IMG/VR virus record: IMGVR_UViG_3300035661_000009
Location: 96,016 to 160,015 of that record
Reading direction: 5' to 3' (one strand)
DNA length: 64,000 nt
Origin: a virus
Below are positions 55,057-64,000 of this stretch, piece after piece. A program made the position numbers and the translations under genes. The number at the start of each line of letters is the position of its first letter. Position 1 is the stretch's first letter. The notes below the pieces were generated by a model. The model was not told the origin of the DNA. It searched no databases and was given only the letters and a program-made list of their open reading frames with translations.

Positions 55057-56073
55057 TTATCCGATACCATCGTCTGGATCATTACCACTATCGTCATCCC
55101 CAGTCATTCCCCAACCTTGTTGCTGAGCTAGTGCTAAAAACGACTGAGGGGTGGTCGTACCGCTTATTATTTCTATTCCGTTTATTAACGTCCCTTGCAT
55201 TTTCGGGGAAATCATTTTGGGCCAGTATTGACGGCAATATCCGGTTAATGTCACATCTCTGGCAAAAACAAGCTCATTGTCGCTTTGGGGTAGTTTATGG
55301 ATATAAAGTGGCCCAGAAGACGGAATTGACCGGTCAAACCCTCGTTTTTCCATAAATTCTTCTTTATATCGATATAATATAAAAAGTAATATACTATGGA
55401 GGTAAATTAGATAAATGGGGTCGTTCATTGCGAAGCATTTAAGCTGATATGTTTCTTTAAACATAACGCTTTCAATGCTTACGACATAAAATGCGTCTAT
55501 CGGGGTTACGATAGCATTGGTAAAATCGATATTAAGCCCCGTAGCTATAACTAACTGATTTGAACTTAATATATCGGTTATAATAAACCCTTGATTCGCA
55601 TTTGGGGAATAAAGTATTTGATTTAAGACTACATTATCAGTGACAAACCCTGTAGGTAGGGTGACTACACCTTTAACTGAGTCATAGCTTGGAGTAAATG
55701 GGCCCAAAACTGGATCTATTTTGATATTAAAGTCTGAAGCTGGCTGTTCTTCAACGGTATCGTAGTTAACATCGCCTAAAGTAGCTTGATCTTCGCCAGA
55801 AGACTGTAAAGCGATACTAATCATTGGAAACTTTGGCTCATCTACACGATAATTCATTGAAACAGCTATATCGTTAGTCAAAAACCAATTCTTGGCTCTT
55901 TGCTTTTCTTTGTCCCCGTACGTTCCATTAGTTAATGTATCTGTATTATACCAATTAAATACGTAATCTAACAAAAAAGTGTTGTTACGCAAGTCGTTCA
56001 ACCCTGCTATAATGGCAGTGCGGATTAAAACGTCTGATGGTACGATTCCATGTATTTTTTGTGAATTTATCAT
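55057..56073 (-). CDS. tail terminator/completion-like protein
   Basis: FPMISIAL pattern; position between neck genes and sheath. Confidence 0.5.
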   Translation of the reverse strand: MINSQKIHGIVPSDVLIRTAIIAGLNDLRNNTFLLDYVFNWYNTDTLTNGTYGDKEKQRAKNWFLTNDIAVSMNYRVDEPKFPMISIALQSSGEDQATLGDVNYDTVEEQPASDFNIKIDPVLGPFTPSYDSVKGVVTLPTGFVTDNVVLNQILYSPNANQGFIITDILSSNQLVIATGLNIDFTNAIVTPIDAFYVVSIESVMFKETYQLKCFAMNDPIYLIYLHSILLFILYRYKEEFMEKRGFDRSIPSSGPLYIHKLPQSDNELVFARDVTLTGYCRQYWPKMISPKMQGTLINGIEIISGTTTPQSFLALAQQQGWGMTGDDDSGNDPDDGIG

Positions 56074-56078
56074 TAGTT

Positions 56079-56106
56079 ACCAATCTTAGACTTAGTTAAG
56101 ATTGCT
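56079..56106. promoter_or_regulatory. paired late-type AATCTT motifs on opposite strands
   Basis: ACCAATCTT on + (56079-56087) and AGCAATCTT on - (56098-56106) between divergent genes. Confidence 0.65.
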
Positions 56107-56120
56107 TCTTAAGGAATTAT

Positions 56121-56405
56121 ATGTTTGAACCAAAAGTTTCGCCTATTGAGTTATCTATAATATTACTAAAATTGCATAGCCAGCTTAAAAGCGTCAAAAT
56201 AAAAAATCCAGTCGTTAGGAACATTAGGCACGATTGGATCAAAGCAACTAGCTCGAAGATTATTGAAGTATTAGAAAAAGAGATTAAAATCTATAATGAA
56301 AAGAATCCTGATGTTAAGTTAAAGTCTGGTGACGTTTTAGCTACTGTAAACACAGTATTGAATAGATTATTGAAGGCGATGGGCCTATTGAAGCCTTTAA
56401 GCTAA
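56121..56405 (+). CDS. hypothetical protein (antisense to late block)
   Basis: 94 aa, AAGGA RBS, AATCTT motif upstream. Confidence 0.65.
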   Translation: MFEPKVSPIELSIILLKLHSQLKSVKIKNPVVRNIRHDWIKATSSKIIEVLEKEIKIYNEKNPDVKLKSGDVLATVNTVLNRLLKAMGLLKPLS

Positions 56406-57182
56406 GTCATTTAATATATCAGGCAGTAAGACGTTATCCCACTTATCCTGAGCCCAGCTTTGAGCGTCTGACCAAATTTCGCTTGGCTGGATTCCGGGGT
56501 GATTCCACTTACCTGTACCTTTTTGAGACTCTGAAGCTGTACGGAACGTATAGGCTTCTTTCTTTACATTACCGCCCATTGGAGCAGCGCGATCATAGAC
56601 TTTAACTCTGTGAAGTAATGGATCTCTTGGATTATCCTTCTTCATTTTTAAAGACCACGGTGGTCTATCTTCATCAGATAGTTCGTCGTAAGCGTCTTTC
56701 TTAGTAGCTGGATAATCAACATTAAAAGAATCGTATTTTTCTTCTGACCCGGAACTATCAGAGTCTTCCATTCCAATATGTCTGGAAGACATTTCCGATT
56801 TAACTGCCATTGCAAGCACGGTTTGCATTGGGGTCATTACATCTTTGCTGTGACTAAACGGAATAATTAAATATCTTCCGTTTTTGCCAGTCTTAGCTTT
56901 GCCTGAGTTAAGAAAGCCGTCAAGCATGTTGTGGGGTTCAGAACCTTCAATAATCCAGTTAGCTGAATCATCTAGCGCAACGCCCCAACAGCCGTCTTCC
57001 ACTCTCTTAACTTTCAAAGCTTTAATAAAAGCGTCTTTTCTGGTGTGGAATTCTTCGTTCGCTTTATCAACAAGATATGCATGAACCATACCGGCCAGCC
57101 ATGCAGTTCCATCCTCTACGGCTGTTCTGATATTGGTATCTTCAATGGTTCCTACGTTTATCTTAATGATGTATTTACTCAT
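56397..57182 (-). CDS. neck/tail-completion protein
   Basis: ANWIIEG, GRYLIIPF, YTFRTASE...WNHPG pattern typical of large myovirus neck proteins. Confidence 0.6.
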   Translation of the reverse strand: MSKYIIKINVGTIEDTNIRTAVEDGTAWLAGMVHAYLVDKANEEFHTRKDAFIKALKVKRVEDGCWGVALDDSANWIIEGSEPHNMLDGFLNSGKAKTGKNGRYLIIPFSHSKDVMTPMQTVLAMAVKSEMSSRHIGMEDSDSSGSEEKYDSFNVDYPATKKDAYDELSDEDRPPWSLKMKKDNPRDPLLHRVKVYDRAAPMGGNVKKEAYTFRTASESQKGTGKWNHPGIQPSEIWSDAQSWAQDKWDNVLLPDILNDLA

Positions 57183-58633
57183 TACTGAAATTTACCACCC
57201 CTTTTAGGTGATTGAGGCACACCTTCTGAGCCCATTATCATTCCTTGCCCACCTTGATGCCAGTGCCCATTAGCCATTTTTACCTTATCTCCGGTTCTGT
57301 GGCCGACGGGTACAGTGTGACCTTGTAATGATTTATCTAGCACTACTGGATTTTGGTGGGGCGGTAGCTCTGGTGGAAGCTCTTCTTTAATAACCTTGTC
57401 AGTGCCTTGGATATTTACTTTGGTTCCTCTTCCAGTAAGCGGTGCGTTAGTTTTACTGTCCAGAAGACTCCGCAAATTATTCATTATTTTGGGACCTTCT
57501 GGATGTGCGCTCATTGCTTGTATAAATGGTTGGTGATTTATATGTTGTGTAATAAAACTGAGCTTAGCTCCGGGGTTGGTTTGGGATTTTAATCCGCCCA
57601 CAAAACCCGCAAATGTATTGTGTAATTGAGATTTCGGTGCTTGAGGTAATTGTGGAGTCTGCATAGGGGCGGGGGCATCATCAATAGGTGTTAAAGCGTC
57701 GAGTGGATCAGGATCAAAGTCGCCTTTGTTTAATCCGCTTCCAGTAAAATAAGATCTACCGAATCCGACGCCGCGCCCCGCCTTCTCAAGTCTTTCTGCT
57801 TTCAATAACATTAATAATTCTAAAAAACTTCCAACGGCGTCACCTTCACTTTTAACCATTTCGCCGTGAGTTTGAGCCATTTTGACCATAGAATCTATTA
57901 ATTTCTTAATAGCATCAAAAGCTTTTGGATTAATTTCTTTTAATCTCATTATATCTACAGAATAATGCTTAACAAGACTTAAAGCCTCTAATACTTTTTG
58001 CTTAGTGCTTTGCTTCTGCCCGTCTGTAGGACCTGCATAGTCTTGGCTTGATCTAGCTTGAGTCTGGCCTTGTGGGGCTTGTCCTTGCTGACTTTGTACT
58101 TGTTGGGGCACCGGTTGCCCTTCTTCCGGCTTTGGAGTGCTAGCAGTCTGATCAATTAAACTCTTAAACTCCATATCTTCTTTATGAAGGTTGGGGAAAG
58201 AAATATCATATCCGGCCTTTGATAGATCTTCGTCGTTCTCAATAGGATCTCCATATCCTTCAGTATCGAGTTCGCTGCTATAAAGAACGACTCTATGTCC
58301 ACCTTCTAGCTCTGATTGACCCATTGCCTTAAAAGCTTCGCTTGGATTAATTCCAATACCTATAGCTAGCTGAGTTTTGGCTGTATATTCATACTTATGA
58401 GCAAATTCAGTTAGCTTAAGTATTTTTTCAGCCGGAATTTGAATAACTATTTGATTCCCAAACGCAGATAAGACTCTCCCGCAACCTTCGGTATTGGTCC
58501 ATTCCTTAATTTCAGCAAAGGCACGCTCTAAAGGTGCGGAATAACGAAGTAATTCCTCTGGATCGTCACCAATTAGCGCTTCTTCAAAATGTTTGTGGCC
58601 GCAGATCGGCTTTATGAATACGAAAGATAGCAT
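57182..58633 (-). CDS. head-region protein with multiple LxK[SAG] motifs
   Basis: Globular N-terminus then low-complexity segments bounded by LSKAG, MVKSE, LLKAE, LEKAG, LNKGD. Confidence 0.55.
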   Translation of the reverse strand: MLSFVFIKPICGHKHFEEALIGDDPEELLRYSAPLERAFAEIKEWTNTEGCGRVLSAFGNQIVIQIPAEKILKLTEFAHKYEYTAKTQLAIGIGINPSEAFKAMGQSELEGGHRVVLYSSELDTEGYGDPIENDEDLSKAGYDISFPNLHKEDMEFKSLIDQTASTPKPEEGQPVPQQVQSQQGQAPQGQTQARSSQDYAGPTDGQKQSTKQKVLEALSLVKHYSVDIMRLKEINPKAFDAIKKLIDSMVKMAQTHGEMVKSEGDAVGSFLELLMLLKAERLEKAGRGVGFGRSYFTGSGLNKGDFDPDPLDALTPIDDAPAPMQTPQLPQAPKSQLHNTFAGFVGGLKSQTNPGAKLSFITQHINHQPFIQAMSAHPEGPKIMNNLRSLLDSKTNAPLTGRGTKVNIQGTDKVIKEELPPELPPHQNPVVLDKSLQGHTVPVGHRTGDKVKMANGHWHQGGQGMIMGSEGVPQSPKRGGKFQ

Positions 58634-58688
58634 TTTATCCTCAAATCAAAGATTGCTATTATGTGGTATAATGGAATCAGAGGTTTAC

Positions 58689-58847
58689 ATGGAATCGAAG
58701 AAGCAAATATTAAAGAATTTAACAAATGCGTACAAACTACTAGAAAAAGACTTAGATGGGATTGAAGACCCAACTGCGTTATATTTATGTACAGAGATAC
58801 TTACAAGAATCCGAGACTTAGCAGAAGATATTAGAACTCTCGAATGA
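58689..58847 (+). CDS. small hypothetical protein (antisense to late block)
   Basis: TGGTATAAT at 58664-58672 and GAGG RBS before MESKKQ. Confidence 0.5.
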   Translation: MESKKQILKNLTNAYKLLEKDLDGIEDPTALYLCTEILTRIRDLAEDIRTLE

Positions 58848-59835
58848 TTTCGTAGATTACTTCGATATCCTCGTCTAGCATTTCAGGCGAAAAATCTAGG
58901 TAGCGACCAGTTTCATTCTTTTGTAATGTAATGAATTGCGAAAGGTCGGACAAGCACATACATCCAACGAATTCTTCAGACTTAAACATCTTGCCGCCGC
59001 ACTCAGAACATACCTTACCCATATCTTCTTCGCTAAGCTTTAAGCTAGCCTTTCTAGGCTTTAAATGCCTACGTATCTTAAGTCTTGGACGGACTGCGCC
59101 GCCACCATGAGCCGGGACGCCCTTCTTGGGCTTGAACTTACTTATTTTCTTTCCCTCATATCTCTTATCCGCATGAGGTTGGTGAGGATGCTGAACGCGA
59201 TATTTGTAGTCAGCAGCTGTTTCTTGGCTCTTATTTAAAGAACTTAATCTAAAGTCTGCGGTTTCTGCAATTGTTTTAGCATGTTCAACCTTAGTTAATT
59301 TATCGGCAACTATTTTATCAGTAGGTTCGTGCTTAACTAAATACGGAGCTTCTACGTCGCCCGTATACTCAATTATGAATTCACCGTAATCTAGAGTAGC
59401 TAAATATTGTTCTTGAATTGATTTAATTAAATTGGTCTTGACCAGTGCATCTATGCTTTTGCCAAGCTGTAGTAAATCGTTTTTATTTAATTCTTCTACG
59501 CTCGATAACTTACTGTTAATAGCTATACCAATAGCTGCGGCAACGTGCATTGGAGACGAATTATTAAATGTATAAAGCTTTTCTTCAATAGTTACAGCGC
59601 CTTCAAAGCCGTTATCGGTTTTCTCTAATACGAGGAAGGTGTCTTTAGCTCCCGGAACTCTACCCTCAAAGCCATAATTAGCTATATTGTTAACCCAAGA
59701 TAGAAGAACTCTAGGAACAAGGATGTTAGCAAAAGACGGATTATTGCTTACGGCTCTTTGTATTGCCTGTGAGCCATTAATCCCTAATACCGTGTCTAAA
59801 AATGTTATATTCATATTAGCGTGGGCCGAAGACAC
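58831..59835 (-). CDS. head-region protein with LxK[STN] motifs and C-terminal Zn ribbon
   Basis: CSECG...CMC; LEKTD, LNKND, LNKSQE, MFKSE, LQKNE. Confidence 0.6.
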   Translation of the reverse strand: MSSAHANMNITFLDTVLGINGSQAIQRAVSNNPSFANILVPRVLLSWVNNIANYGFEGRVPGAKDTFLVLEKTDNGFEGAVTIEEKLYTFNNSSPMHVAAAIGIAINSKLSSVEELNKNDLLQLGKSIDALVKTNLIKSIQEQYLATLDYGEFIIEYTGDVEAPYLVKHEPTDKIVADKLTKVEHAKTIAETADFRLSSLNKSQETAADYKYRVQHPHQPHADKRYEGKKISKFKPKKGVPAHGGGAVRPRLKIRRHLKPRKASLKLSEEDMGKVCSECGGKMFKSEEFVGCMCLSDLSQFITLQKNETGRYLDFSPEMLDEDIEVIYEIIREF

Positions 59836-60616
59836 TATCGCGTGGTTGAATTACTTGGCGATTGGTGGCTGAAGCGTCATCCTTTTTATCTTCTTTAAAC
59901 ATATAGTATTCACGAGCTAAGTGGGCTTGGTAAGGTGCTCTTTGCGAAGTTTTCTTTTGCGTCTTGAAGTCTATTTTATTTATTATTCTGATTTCATGCA
60001 TTAAACGATTTACATAATAAAATGGAGTGTAACGATATCTAACTGAATAAATTACTCCACGATTTAATTCTTGATTAAATCCTGGGCGTTTACCTACCCA
60101 TTTGATCTTACCATCGACTACAGCGTAATCGCCATCGGCATATTTAATTCCATTTTCATCGTAAATGGATTCAATGCTTACGGCATTATAATTAACCTTA
60201 TCTAATCCAGTTATGTGAGCTTCTACCTTCTGGCTGCCAATGGATAATACAACACAATCACAGATATAGAATCTGTCAAAGCTTTGTATGTATATTTCGG
60301 TCTTACCGTCGTCATAATAGCGAGGAAAGGTGACGTTAACTACAGATCCGTCCAATAAGCCCAAATCAGTTAGCTGCATGCTTGCCGGATTACTGGTAAA
60401 TAATGGAGTTACTGTGCCAGCAAATTCATAGATATGACCATTTGAACAATTTGGGTGGGCTTCATGCCCACCACGAGAATCCATTACATCAGTAGTGCCT
60501 ACTGGGCAAGGGATTGAACGGTAATGCTGCATTTTGATGCCATTGCTGACAATAAACTTGTCTTGGGCGTCAAGATCTATACTTACTTGTTCAAATGGTA
60601 TATTAATATCTGGCAT
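59816..60616 (-). CDS. head closure/neck protein
   Basis: SIPCP...CSNGHIY, FDRF, YSVRYRYTPFYYV...HEIR pattern; position. Confidence 0.6.
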   Translation of the reverse strand: MPDINIPFEQVSIDLDAQDKFIVSNGIKMQHYRSIPCPVGTTDVMDSRGGHEAHPNCSNGHIYEFAGTVTPLFTSNPASMQLTDLGLLDGSVVNVTFPRYYDDGKTEIYIQSFDRFYICDCVVLSIGSQKVEAHITGLDKVNYNAVSIESIYDENGIKYADGDYAVVDGKIKWVGKRPGFNQELNRGVIYSVRYRYTPFYYVNRLMHEIRIINKIDFKTQKKTSQRAPYQAHLAREYYMFKEDKKDDASATNRQVIQPRDSVFGPR

Positions 60617-60864
60617 TATTTTTTATCCGGCTCAGTGGGGTCTGGAGTTGTAACCAAATCTTTTGTAATGTGCCTTGTAATTGTGTTTGCGCCGAGATAT
60701 AAGCCAGCTAGCGTGCAAACTGTCGTACAGAGAGTGGGGTAGACCGAAGTAAGGTTCGTATAAATGCCAGCAGCTATCGCTACGCCTGTCACCAAAACCA
60801 TAGAGAACAGAACGACTAATAATTTTCTACTCTTAAAGCCCCCGTCTAGTTCTCTGTGTTTCAT
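60616..60864 (-). CDS. holin-like two-TM membrane protein
   Basis: KSRKLLV...GLYLGAN. Confidence 0.6.
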   Translation of the reverse strand: MKHRELDGGFKSRKLLVVLFSMVLVTGVAIAAGIYTNLTSVYPTLCTTVCTLAGLYLGANTITRHITKDLVTTPDPTEPDKK

Positions 60865-60865
60865 A

Positions 60866-61195
60866 TTACTCTTGCTCCCTTAGCATAACATTGATTAAAT
60901 CGGTTACCTTATTCCAAACTGGGAATAAGTGATTAAACATAACTGGATCGAATTGTTCTGACTTTGATAATTCATCTAGAATGGTATCGGGAAACTTCTG
61001 GACAGCCAATTGACGAGCAAATCCCCGATGCGGACCTGAGCCTAGTATCTCTACGCCGGTTTCGTCGCCATGCTTAGCTACGACATTAAAGCCGCCTCTG
61101 GTAACAAACTCAAATACTGGCTTACCCTTGTGCATACCGATCTTCTTCGGTGGCTTCTTAGGATCTAACTGGTCTGCTGTAATAGCTAGTTTCAT
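60866..61195 (-). CDS. hypothetical virion-associated protein
   Basis: 109 aa; LSKSE motif. Confidence 0.6.
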   Translation of the reverse strand: MKLAITADQLDPKKPPKKIGMHKGKPVFEFVTRGGFNVVAKHGDETGVEILGSGPHRGFARQLAVQKFPDTILDELSKSEQFDPVMFNHLFPVWNKVTDLINVMLREQE

Positions 61196-63357
61196 TGTTC
61201 GGCTCCTTCAGGTGCTTCTTGTTTCTCTTGTGCTTCCTGATGAATAAGATTGCTATAGAATTTACGAATAAACTCTGATTTTGGTCCAAAGTAGTTCTTT
61301 AACTCCATTAATCGATCAATAGTTGGGGTTGGGTTAATTCCAAACTTATTCAATAATTCCGTTAACTTATGCACTGAGATTAAATAAACCCAGTGAGCTA
61401 AAGCGTCTTCAACTCCATGGCTTAAGCGAGGTAAAACATCCATTTTTGATTCAGGAGTGAGCTCTTTCCACTTCCTTCCTGAAAATACACGTAAATAAAA
61501 CGGAACCCATGACCTTGGGTCTTTCCCCGGATTAAAGCTTGGACCGGCGAAGGCGCTTCCTGCGTCTATTAATCGAAGATTACCGAACTTATCAATCATT
61601 ATATTGCCACCGTGACGGTCAGGATTACCCAAAACATAATCAAGAATGGCCCATTTGTAAAGTAATCCGTTGTTAACGAATTTACTGAACTCTTGTTGTA
61701 GATTTAGCTCTTTACTCTTCTTCACATCTTCGACCGACTTAAACTCTTTATCAAAGAATTGAAGAATAGCTACTTCTTCTCCGTCTAGGGTGACTAAAGC
61801 TGATTCTGGGACATATCTTTCAAGGCCGAATATCTTAGCGGCTTCATTAAATGCTACTTCCCTGCGACTTGCGGAAGTTTTTTCTTCTTGAACGCCCCAA
61901 GCCTTGCTTGGTTTGCCGTTTCCAGGCTTAATGAACCAAACAGTATCGGTCGATAAGTCTTTGAATAGCGCGGCACCTTTACAGTGCTTGCCATTTAACT
62001 CAACAGCGTGTATCTTATTATCCTTGTAGCCTTCTTGGATTTTCTTGGCTATTTTGGCATATTCTTTAAATACTGGCTTTACCATTCTGGGCATAATAGC
62101 TACATCGAACTCAAATTTACCGAATTCTTGAATCATAAGGAACTTGTCAAGAATTGAACGGTTTTCTGAGTTTACTGGAATACGGTAACAAGCTAAGGCG
62201 ACGGCAGCATAGTCGCCTTCATAGTCTTGAGTTGCATTAATTATATCGTCTTCATTGGGATCGTAGCCTTCGGCCATAAAACGAGCAGCATTATATTCTG
62301 GGGTTAATACGATTGAATTAACTCCCATAACAAACGCTCGTTTTTGGTCTTCTGGGGTTGGCTCCCACTTCATCAACTGTTCGACTTCGTGTTTTTTAAT
62401 GCTATCTATGTCTCTATTAATCCAAGAGTTGGTAGCTTTATTACTAGCGTATTGTAAATGCCTAAAAGCGTTTTCCATATCTCCATCGAACTTCGCAGCT
62501 TGTTCTGGAGTATGCCCCATTTGATTGTGAAACTCTGATTGTTCTTCTTCTGGCATTTTAAGATAGTCGATTATTGAAGAAAGCCTGTTATGTTCCCAGT
62601 TATGTGGAGTTTCAGCGCCATTACGAGAATAGCCGCTATTATATTGGTGGAATTTTTCTGCGCCGAGCTTACCTTCTTCCGGGATAAAACTATAGAGATT
62701 TCGACTTAACTGGCCTGCCGCTTTTGGACCCAATCTTAAAGGAAGATCGCCAAAGTCTCTAGAATTATTAGGATCTAACTGACCGGAAGTTGTTGTTGTT
62801 AAGTATCTATTGTTTTGTACAGAAGGAACTATTAGTGGCTTTTTTTGCCAAGAGATAATTTCCTTTTTACCATCCCAATTATCTGGCATTGGTTGTCCAT
62901 TTTGTGGATCAACTTCATTCACCTCATTGTCAATGCCGTGCCAATAAGCTCTTTCTGGATCTACCCAATCCGTGTCTGGATCATCTTCTGGACCATCTGC
63001 AACAGGAGTTCCAGCAGCAGGTTCATTTCGATAATCTATGTGATGGCTTCCAGAAGCTAAATGCGTGTCTCTGTTTGCTTCTACGGCACCCATAAGTTTA
63101 TTTATACTTTCTCTGTGAGTTTGGCCGGATTGCTTATTTTTAAAATTTTGATTATCTAGTGCTTTCTTAGGGTCGGCGGGAGCTTGTCCGTCCGAAGTTA
63201 CATTAGAAATTTGACCGTAAGCGTCCTGTAGGACGCCCTCGTTATCTTGATTTGCTTTATCGGCTGCCCCTGCGTAATGAAAAGGCTTGTTTTCGTCGGC
63301 TTTCTTAAGTTTTTTTGGTTTTAAGGGTGTTGACATTTTATTTCTCCCAGCCTTCAA
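61192..63357 (-). CDS. multidomain protein with C-terminal PI3/PI4-kinase-like (HipA/CotH-like) domain
   Basis: WFIKP, REVAF, LDYVLGNPDRHGGNIM, LIDAG. Confidence 0.75.
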   Translation of the reverse strand: MKAGRNKMSTPLKPKKLKKADENKPFHYAGAADKANQDNEGVLQDAYGQISNVTSDGQAPADPKKALDNQNFKNKQSGQTHRESINKLMGAVEANRDTHLASGSHHIDYRNEPAAGTPVADGPEDDPDTDWVDPERAYWHGIDNEVNEVDPQNGQPMPDNWDGKKEIISWQKKPLIVPSVQNNRYLTTTTSGQLDPNNSRDFGDLPLRLGPKAAGQLSRNLYSFIPEEGKLGAEKFHQYNSGYSRNGAETPHNWEHNRLSSIIDYLKMPEEEQSEFHNQMGHTPEQAAKFDGDMENAFRHLQYASNKATNSWINRDIDSIKKHEVEQLMKWEPTPEDQKRAFVMGVNSIVLTPEYNAARFMAEGYDPNEDDIINATQDYEGDYAAVALACYRIPVNSENRSILDKFLMIQEFGKFEFDVAIMPRMVKPVFKEYAKIAKKIQEGYKDNKIHAVELNGKHCKGAALFKDLSTDTVWFIKPGNGKPSKAWGVQEEKTSASRREVAFNEAAKIFGLERYVPESALVTLDGEEVAILQFFDKEFKSVEDVKKSKELNLQQEFSKFVNNGLLYKWAILDYVLGNPDRHGGNIMIDKFGNLRLIDAGSAFAGPSFNPGKDPRSWVPFYLRVFSGRKWKELTPESKMDVLPRLSHGVEDALAHWVYLISVHKLTELLNKFGINPTPTIDRLMELKNYFGPKSEFIRKFYSNLIHQEAQEKQEAPEGAEQ

Positions 63358-63919
63358 ATTCTATACTTTCCGATCTATTTAATTGGTCAAATTCGTTTTG
63401 CGGAATCTCAAACTCTTCTGTTTTGGGCTCCGGTTCTTCGAATTCAAAATGCTCACTTGCTCCGGGAATCGTTAGTTGGGAAAGATGATGGGGCTGAACC
63501 TTATTGGCCATTTCATTAAACCGTCGATGAAGTTTTTTAGCTACAGTAAAATATTTTTGATAATGCATATTTTCTAGTTCTTTAGCTTTATCAAAACGTT
63601 TGTTTTCCGGTGTCTGAGTAAGAATTGACCTATCTAGATCAGATCTTACATAGGGAGGCAGATAGTCTTTGAAAGCATTTCTTTGACCGCTTGAATTTAA
63701 TATATTTAATATTTTTGCATAATACTCATCTGGAGGATTGTCGGAATAAGATCGCTGTTCTTTGTCCATTGCTTGTTTAAATTCTGGTATTCCTTGAATG
63801 CCTTCTTTTTCCATACTTTTATAAGCCATATCCAATAAATTTCTTTGAATGTTTTGTATATGTGAACGTACCATTCTTACACCTTCTAAAATTTTAATCC
63901 CCCATAAACGAACATCCAT
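63338..63919 (-). CDS. hypothetical protein (may extend beyond the window edge)
   Basis: 193 aa; LNRSE near C-terminus. Confidence 0.55.
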   Translation of the reverse strand: MDVRLWGIKILEGVRMVRSHIQNIQRNLLDMAYKSMEKEGIQGIPEFKQAMDKEQRSYSDNPPDEYYAKILNILNSSGQRNAFKDYLPPYVRSDLDRSILTQTPENKRFDKAKELENMHYQKYFTVAKKLHRRFNEMANKVQPHHLSQLTIPGASEHFEFEEPEPKTEEFEIPQNEFDQLNRSESIEFEGWEK

Positions 63920-64000
63920 AGCATGTGAATTTTCATGAAGTTTAATACCAATTACATCATTTAAATCTTTTATCCTATTTAAAACCCATTCATAAATCTT

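Noticed and set aside
1-64000. Stop-codon reassignment, diversity-generating retroelement or integrase
   Set aside because: Long genes are intact in code 11 and end in all three stops; no suppressor tRNA, reverse transcriptase, TR/VR pair or recombinase is recognisable

Overview
This 64-kb window is part of a large, AT-rich, contractile-tailed (myovirus-type) phage genome that uses the standard genetic code. It has three blocks. (1) 158-12034, minus strand, and (2) 12254-26810, plus strand, are early/middle accessory arms. They diverge from back-to-back sigma70-type promoters (TTGACG or TTGCAA-N17/18-TAGGGT, reused at least 8 times). They carry many small ORFans, two COOH-NH2 amidoligases plus a class II glutamine amidotransferase, a deaminase, a SPOUT methyltransferase, two apparently inactivated DNA methyltransferases, RNase H, a HAD phosphatase, a nucleotidyltransferase, an HNH nuclease, a glucosaminidase, several peptidases/lipoproteins, and 8 tRNAs plus 2 tRNA-like elements, many non-canonical. 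(3) 26807-63919, minus strand, is the late virion block: baseplate, tape measure, chaperones, tube, sheath, neck and probable internal head proteins, marked by a phage-specific A(C/G)(C/T)AATCTT upstream motif. The most notable items are: a 1282-aa Ser/Thr/Gly/Asn repeat fibre followed by a glycosyltransferase and a SAM methyltransferase (candidate virion glycosylation cassette); a cluster of low-complexity head-region proteins studded with LxK[SAGT][ED] motifs, one carrying a PI3/4-kinase-like domain; an anticodon-less tRNA mimic and D-loop-reduced tRNAs; and a lipoprotein-signalled ClpP. All family assignments come from motif recognition by eye; no database searches were run.
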